From IMG/VR virus record IMGVR_UViG_3300024255_000004: a stretch of 64,000 bases of DNA, one strand, 5' to 3'. Below are positions 46,544 through 55,897 of the stretch, piece after piece; positions within the stretch are counted from its first letter, which is position 1; each line of letters starts with the position of its first letter. Source of the DNA: a virus. Position numbers and translations under genes: made by a program. The notes below the pieces were generated by a model. The model was not told the DNA's origin. It searched no databases and was given only the letters and a program-made list of their open reading frames with translations.

Positions 46544-47896
46544 ATGGCAGAGTTAGAAACAAACCTAGATACAGTTAAAGAAACTGTAGATGCATTAGAG
46601 GAAGGTCAACAGCCTAACGCTAAAGCAGAAGATGGTGACAAGAAGCCAGTAAAACAAGGGTCGTCCGACGCTGAGAAAATCGAAAGCGGAAAGGGTGATG
46701 TCGTCAAACCTGAAGAAAATCCTGTTGACAAAGCTGTTGCATCAGTAAAATCAGCTGAAACAGCACCTTCTAACGAAGGTGATGCTCAGAAGAAAGGTGC
46801 ATCAAAACCTGAAAAGGGTGATAAACTCAAAGAAGGTGAAGAAGATTCTAAGAAAGATGTTGCTACAACATCTAAAATGGAGAACATTAAAGCTATCGTC
46901 AACAATATGAAGGAAATGACTAAAGAAGAACTTCAAAAAACTTTTGGTAGTATATCAGAAGACGAAGTTGACGAAACCTTGACAAAAGCAGAAGTCGCTA
47001 GAAAAATCGTTGAAACACTAAAATCTATGAATGAAGCAGAAGTTGCTAAATTTGCAGAGAAGTATGAAGACGAAGAAGAAGATGGGAAAGAAGAAGAAGT
47101 CAAAGAAGAATCTGTTGACGAAGAAACTTCTGCAGAACTCGAATCTTCATTAGTAGAGATAGAAGTAGAAGACGACCTATCTGCAATCTCAGAAGCACTT
47201 GACCTTTCAGAAGAAAATCAAGAAAAAGCTAAAACAATCTTCAAAGCTGCAGTGACTTCAAAAGTTGCTGAAATCAAAGAAGAACTTGAGTCTCAATACT
47301 CAGAAGAATTAAAAACCTCAGTAGAGAAAGTTAAAGGTGACCTTGCGGAAGCTGTTGACAAGTATCTTACTTATTGTGCAGATGAATGGACGAAAGAAAA
47401 TGAACTTGCTATAGAAAGAGGTTTGAGGTCTGAGATGACTGAAAACTTTATCGAAGGATTGAAAACATTGTTCGTAGAACATTATGTTGACGTTCCTGAA
47501 GATAAGTATGACGTTATCGATGAACTCGCAAATCGTCTCGATGAGATGGAAGAGAAACTTGACAACGAAGTGTCTAAAAACATGGAAATTGTTGAAGAGA
47601 ACGACCAACTTAAGAGAAGTGACGTGATAAGAGAAGCCTGTAAAGACTTGTCTGAATCACAAAAAGAGAAAATGGTATCATTATCAAATGGTGTAGACTT
47701 TAAAGATATCGAAGACTTTAGTGATAAAGTTCAAGAAATCAAAGAAGCTTACTTCCCAGTTGAAGGTGAATCCATCTCTGAAGACACTATAGTTGAAGAA
47801 GGAACTGGAGAAATCTCAGAAGAGAAAGAACCTGTTCTAGAACCTTCAATTGCTAGATATTCAGAGGCATTATCAAAACTTAAACCATTAGGTTAA
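46544..47896 (+). CDS. gp22: Prohead scaffold gp22
   Basis: Acidic coiled coil; KAKTIF.AAV; W..ENELAIE.GL..E..E.F..GLK.LF.EHY..VP; late promoter at 46508-46515. Confidence 0.9.
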   Translation: MAELETNLDTVKETVDALEEGQQPNAKAEDGDKKPVKQGSSDAEKIESGKGDVVKPEENPVDKAVASVKSAETAPSNEGDAQKKGASKPEKGDKLKEGEEDSKKDVATTSKMENIKAIVNNMKEMTKEELQKTFGSISEDEVDETLTKAEVARKIVETLKSMNEAEVAKFAEKYEDEEEDGKEEEVKEESVDEETSAELESSLVEIEVEDDLSAISEALDLSEENQEKAKTIFKAAVTSKVAEIKEELESQYSEELKTSVEKVKGDLAEAVDKYLTYCADEWTKENELAIERGLRSEMTENFIEGLKTLFVEHYVDVPEDKYDVIDELANRLDEMEEKLDNEVSKNMEIVEENDQLKRSDVIREACKDLSESQKEKMVSLSNGVDFKDIEDFSDKVQEIKEAYFPVEGESISEDTIVEEGTGEISEEKEPVLEPSIARYSEALSKLKPLG

Positions 47897-47916
47897 TTTA
47901 AAGGAGATTAAAAACA

Positions 47917-49212
47917 ATGTTTTTATCAGAAAACTTACAAGATAAGTGGTCGCCGATTCTAGAACACTCCGATTTACCAAAAATCGAAGATAACTACAAA
48001 CGTGCAGTCACAGCTGTTATCCTTGAAAACCAAGAAAAAGCTCTAAACGAAGACAGAGCTACTCTTGCAGAAGCAGCACCTTTAAATTCCACAGGCACAG
48101 GAATTTCTAACTGGGATCCAATATTGATTTCATTAGTAAGACGTGCTATGCCAAATCTCGTTGCATACGACATTTGCGGTGTTCAACCAATGACCGGCCC
48201 AACTGGACTTATCTTTGCTATGAAAGCAAGATATAACGATGACGTTGACGCTGATAGACTGAATACATCAGAAGCTTTACATAACGAAGCTAGAACTGAT
48301 TACTCAGCATCTGCTCAAACAACATCAACTTCAGTAGGAAGCGACCACTCAGGAGACCCATTCAATGGTTCTTATGCGTCACAGACTTCTACAGGTATGT
48401 CTACAGCTTCAGCAGAATCACTAGGTGATGGTGCTGGAAACCATTTTGCTGAAATGGCATTCTCAATCGAGAAAGCTACAGTGACAGCAAAGTCAAGAGC
48501 ACTAAAAGCGGAATATTCATTAGAACTTGCACAAGACCTTAAAGCAATCCACGGCCTTGATGCAGAATCAGAACTTGCAAATATATTATCATCAGAAATA
48601 TTAGCAGAAATCAACAGAGAAGTTGTAAGAAGTGTTAACAACCAAGCTAAAACAGGTGCGTCAGCAACTGCAGTTGGTGGAACATTTAACTTAGACGTTG
48701 ATGCTAACGGAAGATGGTCTGTAGAAAAGTTCAAAGGACTATTGTTCCAAATCGAAAGAGAATCAAATGTTATTGCTAAAGAAACAAGAAGGGGTAAAGG
48801 AAACTTTATTCTATGTTCTTCAGACGTAGCTTCAGCATTGTCAATGGCTGGTGTATTAGATTACGCACCTGCTCTTTCAACCAACTTAAACGTTGATGAT
48901 ACTGGTAATACTTTTGCTGGTGTATTAAACGGAAGAGTTAAAGTATACGTTGACCCATATGCTGGTTCAGACTACTTAACAGTTGGTTATAGAGGTTCAA
49001 ACCCTTATGACGCTGGTTTATTCTATTGCCCTTACGTTCCATTACAAATGGTTCGTGCAGTTGGTGAGAATACGTTCCAACCAAAAATCGGTTTCAAAAC
49101 TAGATATGGTATGGTTTCAAATCCATTCGTTGGTGCTACACCAGCAGACGGACTTGCTTCAGCAGGAACAAACCAATACTACAGAAAATTTGCAGTGTCA
49201 AACATTCTGTAA
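47917..49212 (+). CDS. gp23: Major capsid protein gp23
   Basis: LVRRAMPNL.AYDICGVQPMTGPTGLIFA; KSRALKAEYS.ELAQDLKAIHGLDAE.EL; FQPKIGFKTRYG. Confidence 0.97.
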   Translation: MFLSENLQDKWSPILEHSDLPKIEDNYKRAVTAVILENQEKALNEDRATLAEAAPLNSTGTGISNWDPILISLVRRAMPNLVAYDICGVQPMTGPTGLIFAMKARYNDDVDADRLNTSEALHNEARTDYSASAQTTSTSVGSDHSGDPFNGSYASQTSTGMSTASAESLGDGAGNHFAEMAFSIEKATVTAKSRALKAEYSLELAQDLKAIHGLDAESELANILSSEILAEINREVVRSVNNQAKTGASATAVGGTFNLDVDANGRWSVEKFKGLLFQIERESNVIAKETRRGKGNFILCSSDVASALSMAGVLDYAPALSTNLNVDDTGNTFAGVLNGRVKVYVDPYAGSDYLTVGYRGSNPYDAGLFYCPYVPLQMVRAVGENTFQPKIGFKTRYGMVSNPFVGATPADGLASAGTNQYYRKFAVSNIL

Positions 49213-49243
49213 GACGAAAGTCTCATTCCTTAATCGGAATACT

Positions 49244-49273
49244 AAAAAGGTCTCTCACGAGACCTTTTTTTTT
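49244..49273 (+). terminator. Rho-independent terminator after gp23
   Basis: AAAAAGGTCTC-TCAC-GAGACCTTTTTTTTT. Confidence 0.88.
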
Positions 49274-49358
49274 GCTTTCAAAAAGTGAGTGTTATTGTCA
49301 ACCTAAATATAAGGTATCAATGATGATACAGACATAAACACACACACAGGAGGAAATT

Positions 49359-49574
49359 ATGTCAAATGGAAAATCAGGTTATGAAATACGAGCCGACTTA
49401 CTAAGTATGGCTCAGTCTATACTAATAGAAAACTTACAAAGGAAAAACGATGGGGTTTACACCCACAACGATAATCACCCTGATGATAAGAAACCATTAC
49501 TTACTACATCAATCAATGCACAGGATATTATTGCCGTTGCATCTGAATTGAATGAGTTTGTTAATGAAAAATAA
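49359..49574 (+). CDS. Small hypothetical protein
   Basis: AGGAGG RBS; GYEIRADLL.MA...I...A..LNEFV. Confidence 0.65.
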   Translation: MSNGKSGYEIRADLLSMAQSILIENLQRKNDGVYTHNDNHPDDKKPLLTTSINAQDIIAVASELNEFVNEK

Positions 49575-49627
49575 CTATAAATAGTATTGTGGGGTGATAT
49601 TATTCACCCCCTTTAGAAGGAAAAACT

Positions 49628-49849
49628 ATGACAGATTATGAAAGAACAGTGAAAGTTTTAGAAGGCCCTTGGTCAACTAAAGCATTCCCTAATGGGGAAG
49701 AAACAACAGATGGTATAATAAACAGAAAAATTACCACACTGTATGAAAAAGACGGATACCTTTGTGAAGAGGTAGTCAATAGAGAGTATAGAGGTAATGA
49801 TTACTTTGACACTTCAACAAATAAGAGAGTTTTAAAACTAAATGACTGA
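49628..49849 (+). CDS. Small hypothetical protein
   Basis: Late promoter at 49576-49583; AAGGA RBS. Confidence 0.55.
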   Translation: MTDYERTVKVLEGPWSTKAFPNGEETTDGIINRKITTLYEKDGYLCEEVVNREYRGNDYFDTSTNKRVLKLND

Positions 49850-50378
49850 AATTAACAAATCAATACTCAATAAGAATAACTTTAGATTACTAATTGATAA
49901 AGTTCCTACAGTGGAATACTATGTTCAATCAGTAAATATCCCAGGCTTATCATTCACTGAAACAGTCAGTGCAGCTGGTGTTGGATTAGATGCATTTTTC
50001 CCAGGCGATAAAGTGTCATTCGAATCACTAAGTGTATCATTCTTAGTTGACGAAGATTTGTCTAACTTCAAAGAAATGTATGACTGGATGAACGCAATCG
50101 TTCCAGTGTCAGACCCAAGTGCATATGCAAACTTTACTGGGACTGAGAAGACTGCAACAGGTCAATATAGTGATGTCACTAATGACCTTGCACAATATTC
50201 AGACATTACAATAGTAGTTAATACTAACAAAAACATACCAAATAAATTCTTCAGATTCCATGATGCATTCCCTATATCATTGAGTGGTATAGACCTACAA
50301 AGTGGTGCAGAAACAGAAGCGGTGGTTGCAACTGTAGAGTTTAGATTTACATATTACGATATAGAATCCACTTCCTAA
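49842..50378 (+). CDS. gp3: Tail completion/tube terminator gp3
   Basis: F.L.I...P.VEY..Q.VNIPG; PGDK..F..L.V.FLVDEDL.N..E...WM; FP.SLS. Confidence 0.85.
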   Translation: MTEINKSILNKNNFRLLIDKVPTVEYYVQSVNIPGLSFTETVSAAGVGLDAFFPGDKVSFESLSVSFLVDEDLSNFKEMYDWMNAIVPVSDPSAYANFTGTEKTATGQYSDVTNDLAQYSDITIVVNTNKNIPNKFFRFHDAFPISLSGIDLQSGAETEAVVATVEFRFTYYDIESTS

Positions 50379-50408
50379 AATACCATAAATATGGTATAAT
50401 AGTATATT

Positions 50409-50852
50409 ATGACATTAGATGAAATTAAGAGCCAGTGGGAAAAGGATTGTGAAATAGACGATATCGAACTTGATAAGTCTTCTTTAGAAATCCCTAAACT
50501 CCATGCAAAATATCAAGACTTACTAACAAGTAAGATTCTTGTTATGAAACAATACCAATTCAAATACGATACACTATTAAAAAATAAATGGTTATGGTAT
50601 AACGGAAAAATGTCAGAAGACCAAATAAAAGAACTTGGTTGGAATGATGACCCTTTAGACGGATTAAAGATTATGAAAAATGACTTACAATTATTCTATA
50701 ATTCAGATACAGATATACAAGAACTCAATGCAAAAATTGAGTATTTAAAAGTCACAATAGATTATCTCAAAGAGTGTATGACTAACATTACTTGGAGACA
50801 CCAAACGATTAAGAATACAATCGATTGGAGAAAATTCATGGCAGGTTCTTAA
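50409..50852 (+). CDS. uvsY: Recombination mediator UvsY
   Basis: W.KD..ID...L...SL.IPKLHAKY; W.WY.GK; IKN.I.W.KF.AG. Confidence 0.88.
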   Translation: MTLDEIKSQWEKDCEIDDIELDKSSLEIPKLHAKYQDLLTSKILVMKQYQFKYDTLLKNKWLWYNGKMSEDQIKELGWNDDPLDGLKIMKNDLQLFYNSDTDIQELNAKIEYLKVTIDYLKECMTNITWRHQTIKNTIDWRKFMAGS

Positions 50853-51538
50853 TGCATTACGACAAACATGTTTGGATTGCAGAAGCATTCTTTAATGAGA
50901 CAGAAGTAAAGGAAATACTTGCAATTGCCAGTAAACTAGAATGGCATGGTGGTAGAGTTGGTGGTAATAGTTTTGACCCTGATGGAGAAGACCTAGAGGG
51001 TGGTGCAGAGGTTAGTGAAATTAGAATGTCTCAAGTCAAGTGGATGCAAGACCACCACTTACCACAAAAATTTCATGAAAAACTTGCAACTGCAATACAA
51101 CATGCAAGTGTAGAGAATCATTGGTTATGGGAATTTAGTCACTTTGAAAATTTTCAATTTACAAATTATACAAACAGACCACATTTAGGTGGTGGTGATT
51201 TCTATACTTGGCATACAGACAGTGGCCCAACAGGAATGATTCATGACGAAAAAACTGGAATGATACGTAAGTTGAGTATAACTATTCAGTTATCCGACCC
51301 TGATGATTATGAGGGTGGAAGGTTCGAGTGGTTAGAACCTGGCGGTTCTTTTGATAATTTAAGGTCTATAGATACTACAATTGATTTAAACAACATTTTA
51401 CAATCTGCACCATTCAGTGCAAAAACTAAAGGTAGTATTATCGTATTTCCTTCAGACGTTCATCACCAAGTCACACCAGTCACAAGGGGGACACGGGAAT
51501 CACTAGTAGGGTGGTTATTGGGTTATCCTTTTAAATAA
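50852..51538 (+). CDS. 2OG-Fe(II) oxygenase (PKHD-type)
   Basis: FYTWHTD; RKLSITIQLSDPDDYEGG; G..IVFPS...H.VTPVT.G.R.SLV.W..G; ATG 50852 overlaps the uvsY stop. Confidence 0.85.
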   Translation: MHYDKHVWIAEAFFNETEVKEILAIASKLEWHGGRVGGNSFDPDGEDLEGGAEVSEIRMSQVKWMQDHHLPQKFHEKLATAIQHASVENHWLWEFSHFENFQFTNYTNRPHLGGGDFYTWHTDSGPTGMIHDEKTGMIRKLSITIQLSDPDDYEGGRFEWLEPGGSFDNLRSIDTTIDLNNILQSAPFSAKTKGSIIVFPSDVHHQVTPVTRGTRESLVGWLLGYPFK

Positions 51539-51539
51539 A

Positions 51540-52961
51540 ATGGTTAAAGTTTCGAAGATAGATGATGTCTTTATGAAAGTCGATTGTGACGATGGTCTTG
51601 CAAGAGACTTATACGACTTTTTCTCATATACAGTTCCAAATGCAAAGTTCATGCCTTCATACCGAAATAAATTTTGGGACGGGAAGGTAAGATTATTTTC
51701 TTTAAAAACTAAAAAGATATACATAGGATTACTTCCATATGTAGATGAATTTTGTAGAGAACGTGGATTTGAGTTTGGTGGTATTGAAGATGTTATAGGG
51801 AAAAAAACTACAGAGAAGTGTAGTCAAGAATGGTTAGCTGATTTAAAACTTCCTTTTGAACCTAGAGATTATCAAATAGAAGCCTTCAATGAAACTATAA
51901 AATATGGAAGACAATTACTATTGTCTCCAACTGCAAGTGGTAAGTCATTAATCATATACTTACTTGCACGATACTATGATAAGAAAACTATTGTTATAGT
52001 TCCAACCACTTCTCTTGTGGAACAGTTAACCAAAGACTTTGTAGATTATGGTTATACAGAACCAGTCTGTAAAATATACCACGGACAAGAAGTTTTTGAT
52101 TCACCTATTACAGTCACCACATGGCAATCATTCGCAAAAGCTCCAAAGGAGGTGCTAGAGTCTTTTGATGTTGTCATTGGTGACGAAGCACATTTATTCA
52201 AAGCACAAACACTTAAAGGTATCTTGGAGAAGATGAAGACCACTGCAATTCGTATTGGAACTACAGGAACTTTGGACGGGTCAGAGGTTCATAGACTTCA
52301 ATTAGAAGGTTTATTCGGCCCAGTCAAAAAGGTCATAACTTCAAAAGAACTCATGGATTCGGGAACAATTGCAAATTTGAAAATTGATTGTGTCATACTT
52401 CGTCATACTAAACAGAAGAAAATGTCATACCAAGATGAAATGGATTACTTGGTAAGTTGTGATAGTAGGAACCAATTTATAACCAATCTTGTTGGTTCTC
52501 TGAGAGGTAATACACTCGTGTTATTTCAATACATAGAAAAACATGGACAACCATTATGGGAAATGTTCAATCCTATGGTTAGTAGAATGAATGGAACTTT
52601 ACATTATGTTCATGGTGGAACCGACACAGAAGACAGGGAAACAGTCAGAGAGATAGTCGACAATCCAAGGAAGAAAAAAAATAATGTCATACTAGCATCA
52701 TACGGAACTTTTTCTACAGGAATTAATATTAAAAAAATCAACAACGTTGTGTTTGCAAGTCCCTCTAAATCTAGAATAAGAAACTTGCAGTCAATTGGTA
52801 GAGGTCTAAGAAAGACCACTGGGAAGACTGAGATGAGATTATTTGATATTGCAGATGATTTGCAATGTGATAACTATACTCTCAACCACCTTAAAGAACG
52901 TATAAATATATACAACGAGGAGAACTTTTCCTACAACATACAACAATTTGATTTAAAATGA
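51540..52961 (+). CDS. uvsW: Helicase UvsW
   Basis: PRDYQ; SPTASGKS; DEAH; GTTGTL; QSIGRGLR. Confidence 0.93.
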   Translation: MVKVSKIDDVFMKVDCDDGLARDLYDFFSYTVPNAKFMPSYRNKFWDGKVRLFSLKTKKIYIGLLPYVDEFCRERGFEFGGIEDVIGKKTTEKCSQEWLADLKLPFEPRDYQIEAFNETIKYGRQLLLSPTASGKSLIIYLLARYYDKKTIVIVPTTSLVEQLTKDFVDYGYTEPVCKIYHGQEVFDSPITVTTWQSFAKAPKEVLESFDVVIGDEAHLFKAQTLKGILEKMKTTAIRIGTTGTLDGSEVHRLQLEGLFGPVKKVITSKELMDSGTIANLKIDCVILRHTKQKKMSYQDEMDYLVSCDSRNQFITNLVGSLRGNTLVLFQYIEKHGQPLWEMFNPMVSRMNGTLHYVHGGTDTEDRETVREIVDNPRKKKNNVILASYGTFSTGINIKKINNVVFASPSKSRIRNLQSIGRGLRKTTGKTEMRLFDIADDLQCDNYTLNHLKERINIYNEENFSYNIQQFDLK

Positions 52962-53449
52962 CAAGACCTTCAGACTTAATTAAAGAACAGAAATACGAAG
53001 TTATAAAACTTAAAACTGGTGCTGAGTTTGTGGGAATGGTAAGAGACTCTGCGGAAGGTATAGAAATCACACTACCTATGATATGTCATTTATCAGTTCA
53101 ACAACCAGTCAATTCAACACTTGCAACCTTCTATCCTTATGCACCCATGAGTGAAGACCCTATTGTCAAAATTCCTTTTGACCAAGTCTTGCATAGAAGT
53201 AGTATGAATCAACAGTTTATTCCCTTTTATGATGAAGCCTCTGCAAACTGGTTAAAAATGGTAGAATCTAAATCTATCCCATTAACAAATGATGTAAAGA
53301 AAATTAGTAAAGATTATATGAAAAAGGCAGTTGACTCTATTTTAGAGAATGTATCTGAAGAAGATTTATTTGATGAATACTTTGAAGAACTTGCAGAGAG
53401 TGATTTTGAATCCTCAATAAAACCAATCAACCCCAAGAAAATTCATTAG
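52958..53449 (+). CDS. Hypothetical protein (Sm-like N-terminus)
   Basis: IKLKTG.E.VG motif; usual position after uvsW. Confidence 0.55.
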   Translation: MTRPSDLIKEQKYEVIKLKTGAEFVGMVRDSAEGIEITLPMICHLSVQQPVNSTLATFYPYAPMSEDPIVKIPFDQVLHRSSMNQQFIPFYDEASANWLKMVESKSIPLTNDVKKISKDYMKKAVDSILENVSEEDLFDEYFEELAESDFESSIKPINPKKIH

Positions 53450-53534
53450 ACTTTTAGTTTGTCTAAATAAGTGCGTATAATTTAGATTTATATCGCATTA
53501 TACAAAATACTTATAACTTAATTTTAGGAAAACC

Positions 53535-53714
53535 ATGACCACAGCAACCTTTTTTGCGAAGAGCATGGTGCGAAAAGCTAGAGAAGTCAATCATATCATT
53601 CGTCCTCAGAAACGAAAAGTGATTGAAACTATCGAATTTCTAGTGCTGATGACTCTTCCATTTTTACTACCATTCATCATAATGTTTTATGCATCATCGA
53701 TGAGAATGTTTTAA
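53535..53714 (+). CDS. 59-aa membrane protein (absent from the ORF track)
   Basis: AGGA RBS; MTTATFFAKSMVRKARE...FLVLMTLPFLLPFIIMFYASSMRMF. Confidence 0.55.
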   Translation: MTTATFFAKSMVRKAREVNHIIRPQKRKVIETIEFLVLMTLPFLLPFIIMFYASSMRMF

Positions 53715-53800
53715 TGAAACACAAACTTAGAGACACTTTGGAGATAAGCACACTTATGGCTGTCTTCTTAGTGTCTGTAATATCAATAACAGGAATATAA
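53714..53800 (+). CDS. 28-aa membrane peptide (absent from the ORF track)
   Basis: TAATG coupling to the previous ORF; MKHKLRDTLEISTLMAVFLVSVISITGI. Confidence 0.45.
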   Translation: MKHKLRDTLEISTLMAVFLVSVISITGI

Positions 53801-53802
53801 TA

Positions 53803-54009
53803 ATGTTCATTCCTTGGTTCACAAAACCCGAAACAGAAAAGAAAGTATTACAAATCGTAAATCTCTCTCCTGATGAATCTTGGATTGAGAAAATTGTTGA
53901 CGTTCACCCAATGAAACAAGTTGCAATCATGTCAGTCGTGCAAGTCCTTGTTTTCGGTTTTATGTTGTTGTCCTTTTGGTTAATTAACGTAGGATTGGAT
54001 AGATTGTGA
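53803..54009 (+). CDS. 68-aa membrane protein
   Basis: C-terminal TM helix; AGGA RBS. Confidence 0.55.
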   Translation: MFIPWFTKPETEKKVLQIVNLSPDESWIEKIVDVHPMKQVAIMSVVQVLVFGFMLLSFWLINVGLDRL

Positions 54010-54131
54010 AACACTATATAGTATATACAGTTTTAGGTTGGTGCATGTTTGAACTTGCCGTTGGTGATATCGATAGAATGAGTCGTGCAATTAATAGTCC
54101 TAATAAGAGTAGAGTAGTTTCCTACACTTAA
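54006..54131 (+). CDS. 41-aa protein with a hydrophobic N-terminus (absent from the ORF track)
   Basis: GTGA overlap with the previous stop; MKHYIVYTVLGWCMFELAVGD... Confidence 0.4.
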   Translation: MKHYIVYTVLGWCMFELAVGDIDRMSRAINSPNKSRVVSYT

Positions 54132-54275
54132 TCCCTTATTAGTATATTCCAACGCAGCAACATATTTATTTTATCATACTTTTCCCATTTGTCTAGTGGG
54201 TTTTGGTAAATAAATTAAAAAAATAAATACTTAAAACCCTCTTACAAAATAACGTATTTGGTGTATAATAGTGGT

Positions 54276-54833
54276 ATGACAACGAAAAAAGACCCCAAAA
54301 AAGCAGTCCATTACGTATCTAACAAAGACTTTACGGCTGCAGTCTCCGAGTTTAACATTGCATGTAAACTTGCAGAAGAGAAAGGTAAGTCTAAACCTCA
54401 AATGACAGAATACATTGGTGAATGTATCTATAAGATTGCGACTCGATTATCGACTCGTCCTAATTTTATCAACTACACATACAGAGATGAAATGATATGT
54501 GATGCAATTGAAAATTGTATTCAGTATATCGGAAATTTCAACCCCGAGAAATCAACTAACGCATTTGCATACATAACACAAATTTGTTATTATGCCTTCC
54601 TCAGAAGAATCCAAAAGGAGAAAAAACAAGTCTTCATTAAACAACAAGCAACAGACGCTGCTGGAATGATAACAAGTGCATTCGATACAATTGATGGAAT
54701 ACATGACCCAACCTTGACCAACACCAACGTGGAGTGGATGCAAGAAAATATGAATAGGGTCGAATACGAACCACGTAAGTCAAGAACAAAAAAAGTAAAA
54801 AAATCAACTAACTTAGAAAAATTCACTGAATGA
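54276..54833 (+). CDS. gp55: Late sigma factor gp55
   Basis: HYVSNK.F; YIGECI.KIA..LS.RPNF.NYTYRDEMI.DAIENC.QY..NF.PEKS.N.FAY.TQI.YYAFLRRI.KEKKQ. Confidence 0.93.
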   Translation: MTTKKDPKKAVHYVSNKDFTAAVSEFNIACKLAEEKGKSKPQMTEYIGECIYKIATRLSTRPNFINYTYRDEMICDAIENCIQYIGNFNPEKSTNAFAYITQICYYAFLRRIQKEKKQVFIKQQATDAAGMITSAFDTIDGIHDPTLTNTNVEWMQENMNRVEYEPRKSRTKKVKKSTNLEKFTE

Positions 54834-55897
54834 AAATTGCTCTACTAAATGATACCCATTGTGGTGTCCGTGGTGACATGGAAGCTATGTCAGACTATCA
54901 AGGAAGATTTTATAATGAAGTCTTCTTCCCATACTTAGATGAAAATGATATAAATCATATCATTCACTTAGGTGATTACTTTGATAGAAGAAAGTATATA
55001 AACTTCTCCTCTATGAAAGCAAATATAAAACACTTCATTGACCCCATGAATGAGAGAGGTATTACTATGGATTTAATCCTAGGTAATCATGATACTTATT
55101 ATAAGAATACAAATGAGGTGAATGCACCCGAACTTCTTTTATACAATCAACCAAACGTAAATGTTATTGTAGAACATGAAGTTAAAGAGTATGACGGATT
55201 TAACATTGCATTGTCTCCATGGATTAATCCCGAGAATTATGCAGATGCAGTCGACTTCTTAATGAGTGCAAATGCAAGTTGGTGTATGGGTCACTTTGAA
55301 TTTGAAGGTGCATTAATGATGCCAGGCATGACGTGTCAACACGGATTAGACCATTCTTATGTAAAAAGATTTGAAACAGTTTTGAGTGGTCATTTCCACC
55401 AAAAATCTGAATTTGCAAATATCAGATATCTTGGGTCTCAAATGCAATTTACTTGGTCAGACTATGGAGATAACAAATACTTTCATATCTTTGATACTGA
55501 TACACAAGAACTTACCCCAATTTTAAATCCAATTACTATGTTCGAAAAGTCATTCTATGATGACGAAAAAGAAACATTCGAAACAATTTCAAATCAAGAC
55601 TATTCAAAATACACTGGAAAGTTTGTAAAAGTTATAGTAGTGAACAAAGACAATCCATATTGGTTTGATACATTCTTAGATAAACTACATGCAAGTAATC
55701 CATTACACGTTGCAGTGGTTGATGATAACAAACACATGGATTTCTATGGTGACGATGATATAGAAGATATCGAAGACACCTTAACTATATTAAACAACTA
55801 TATTGACGGGTTAGAAATACAAGGAAAGAAAAAACCACTTTCAGAACTCATGTCGTCACTATACAATGAGGCTTTAGACGAACATAACTATCTATGA
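54830..55897 (+). CDS. gp47: Recombination nuclease gp47 (Mre11/SbcD-like)
   Basis: DTH.G; HLGDYFDRRK; GNHD; SGHFH. Confidence 0.93.
   Translation: MKIALLNDTHCGVRGDMEAMSDYQGRFYNEVFFPYLDENDINHIIHLGDYFDRRKYINFSSMKANIKHFIDPMNERGITMDLILGNHDTYYKNTNEVNAPELLLYNQPNVNVIVEHEVKEYDGFNIALSPWINPENYADAVDFLMSANASWCMGHFEFEGALMMPGMTCQHGLDHSYVKRFETVLSGHFHQKSEFANIRYLGSQMQFTWSDYGDNKYFHIFDTDTQELTPILNPITMFEKSFYDDEKETFETISNQDYSKYTGKFVKVIVVNKDNPYWFDTFLDKLHASNPLHVAVVDDNKHMDFYGDDDIEDIEDTLTILNNYIDGLEIQGKKKPLSELMSSLYNEALDEHNYL

Noticed and set aside
49212-49358. tRNA or ncRNA after gp23
   Set aside because: Only two short hairpins and the terminator; no cloverleaf or T-loop motif.
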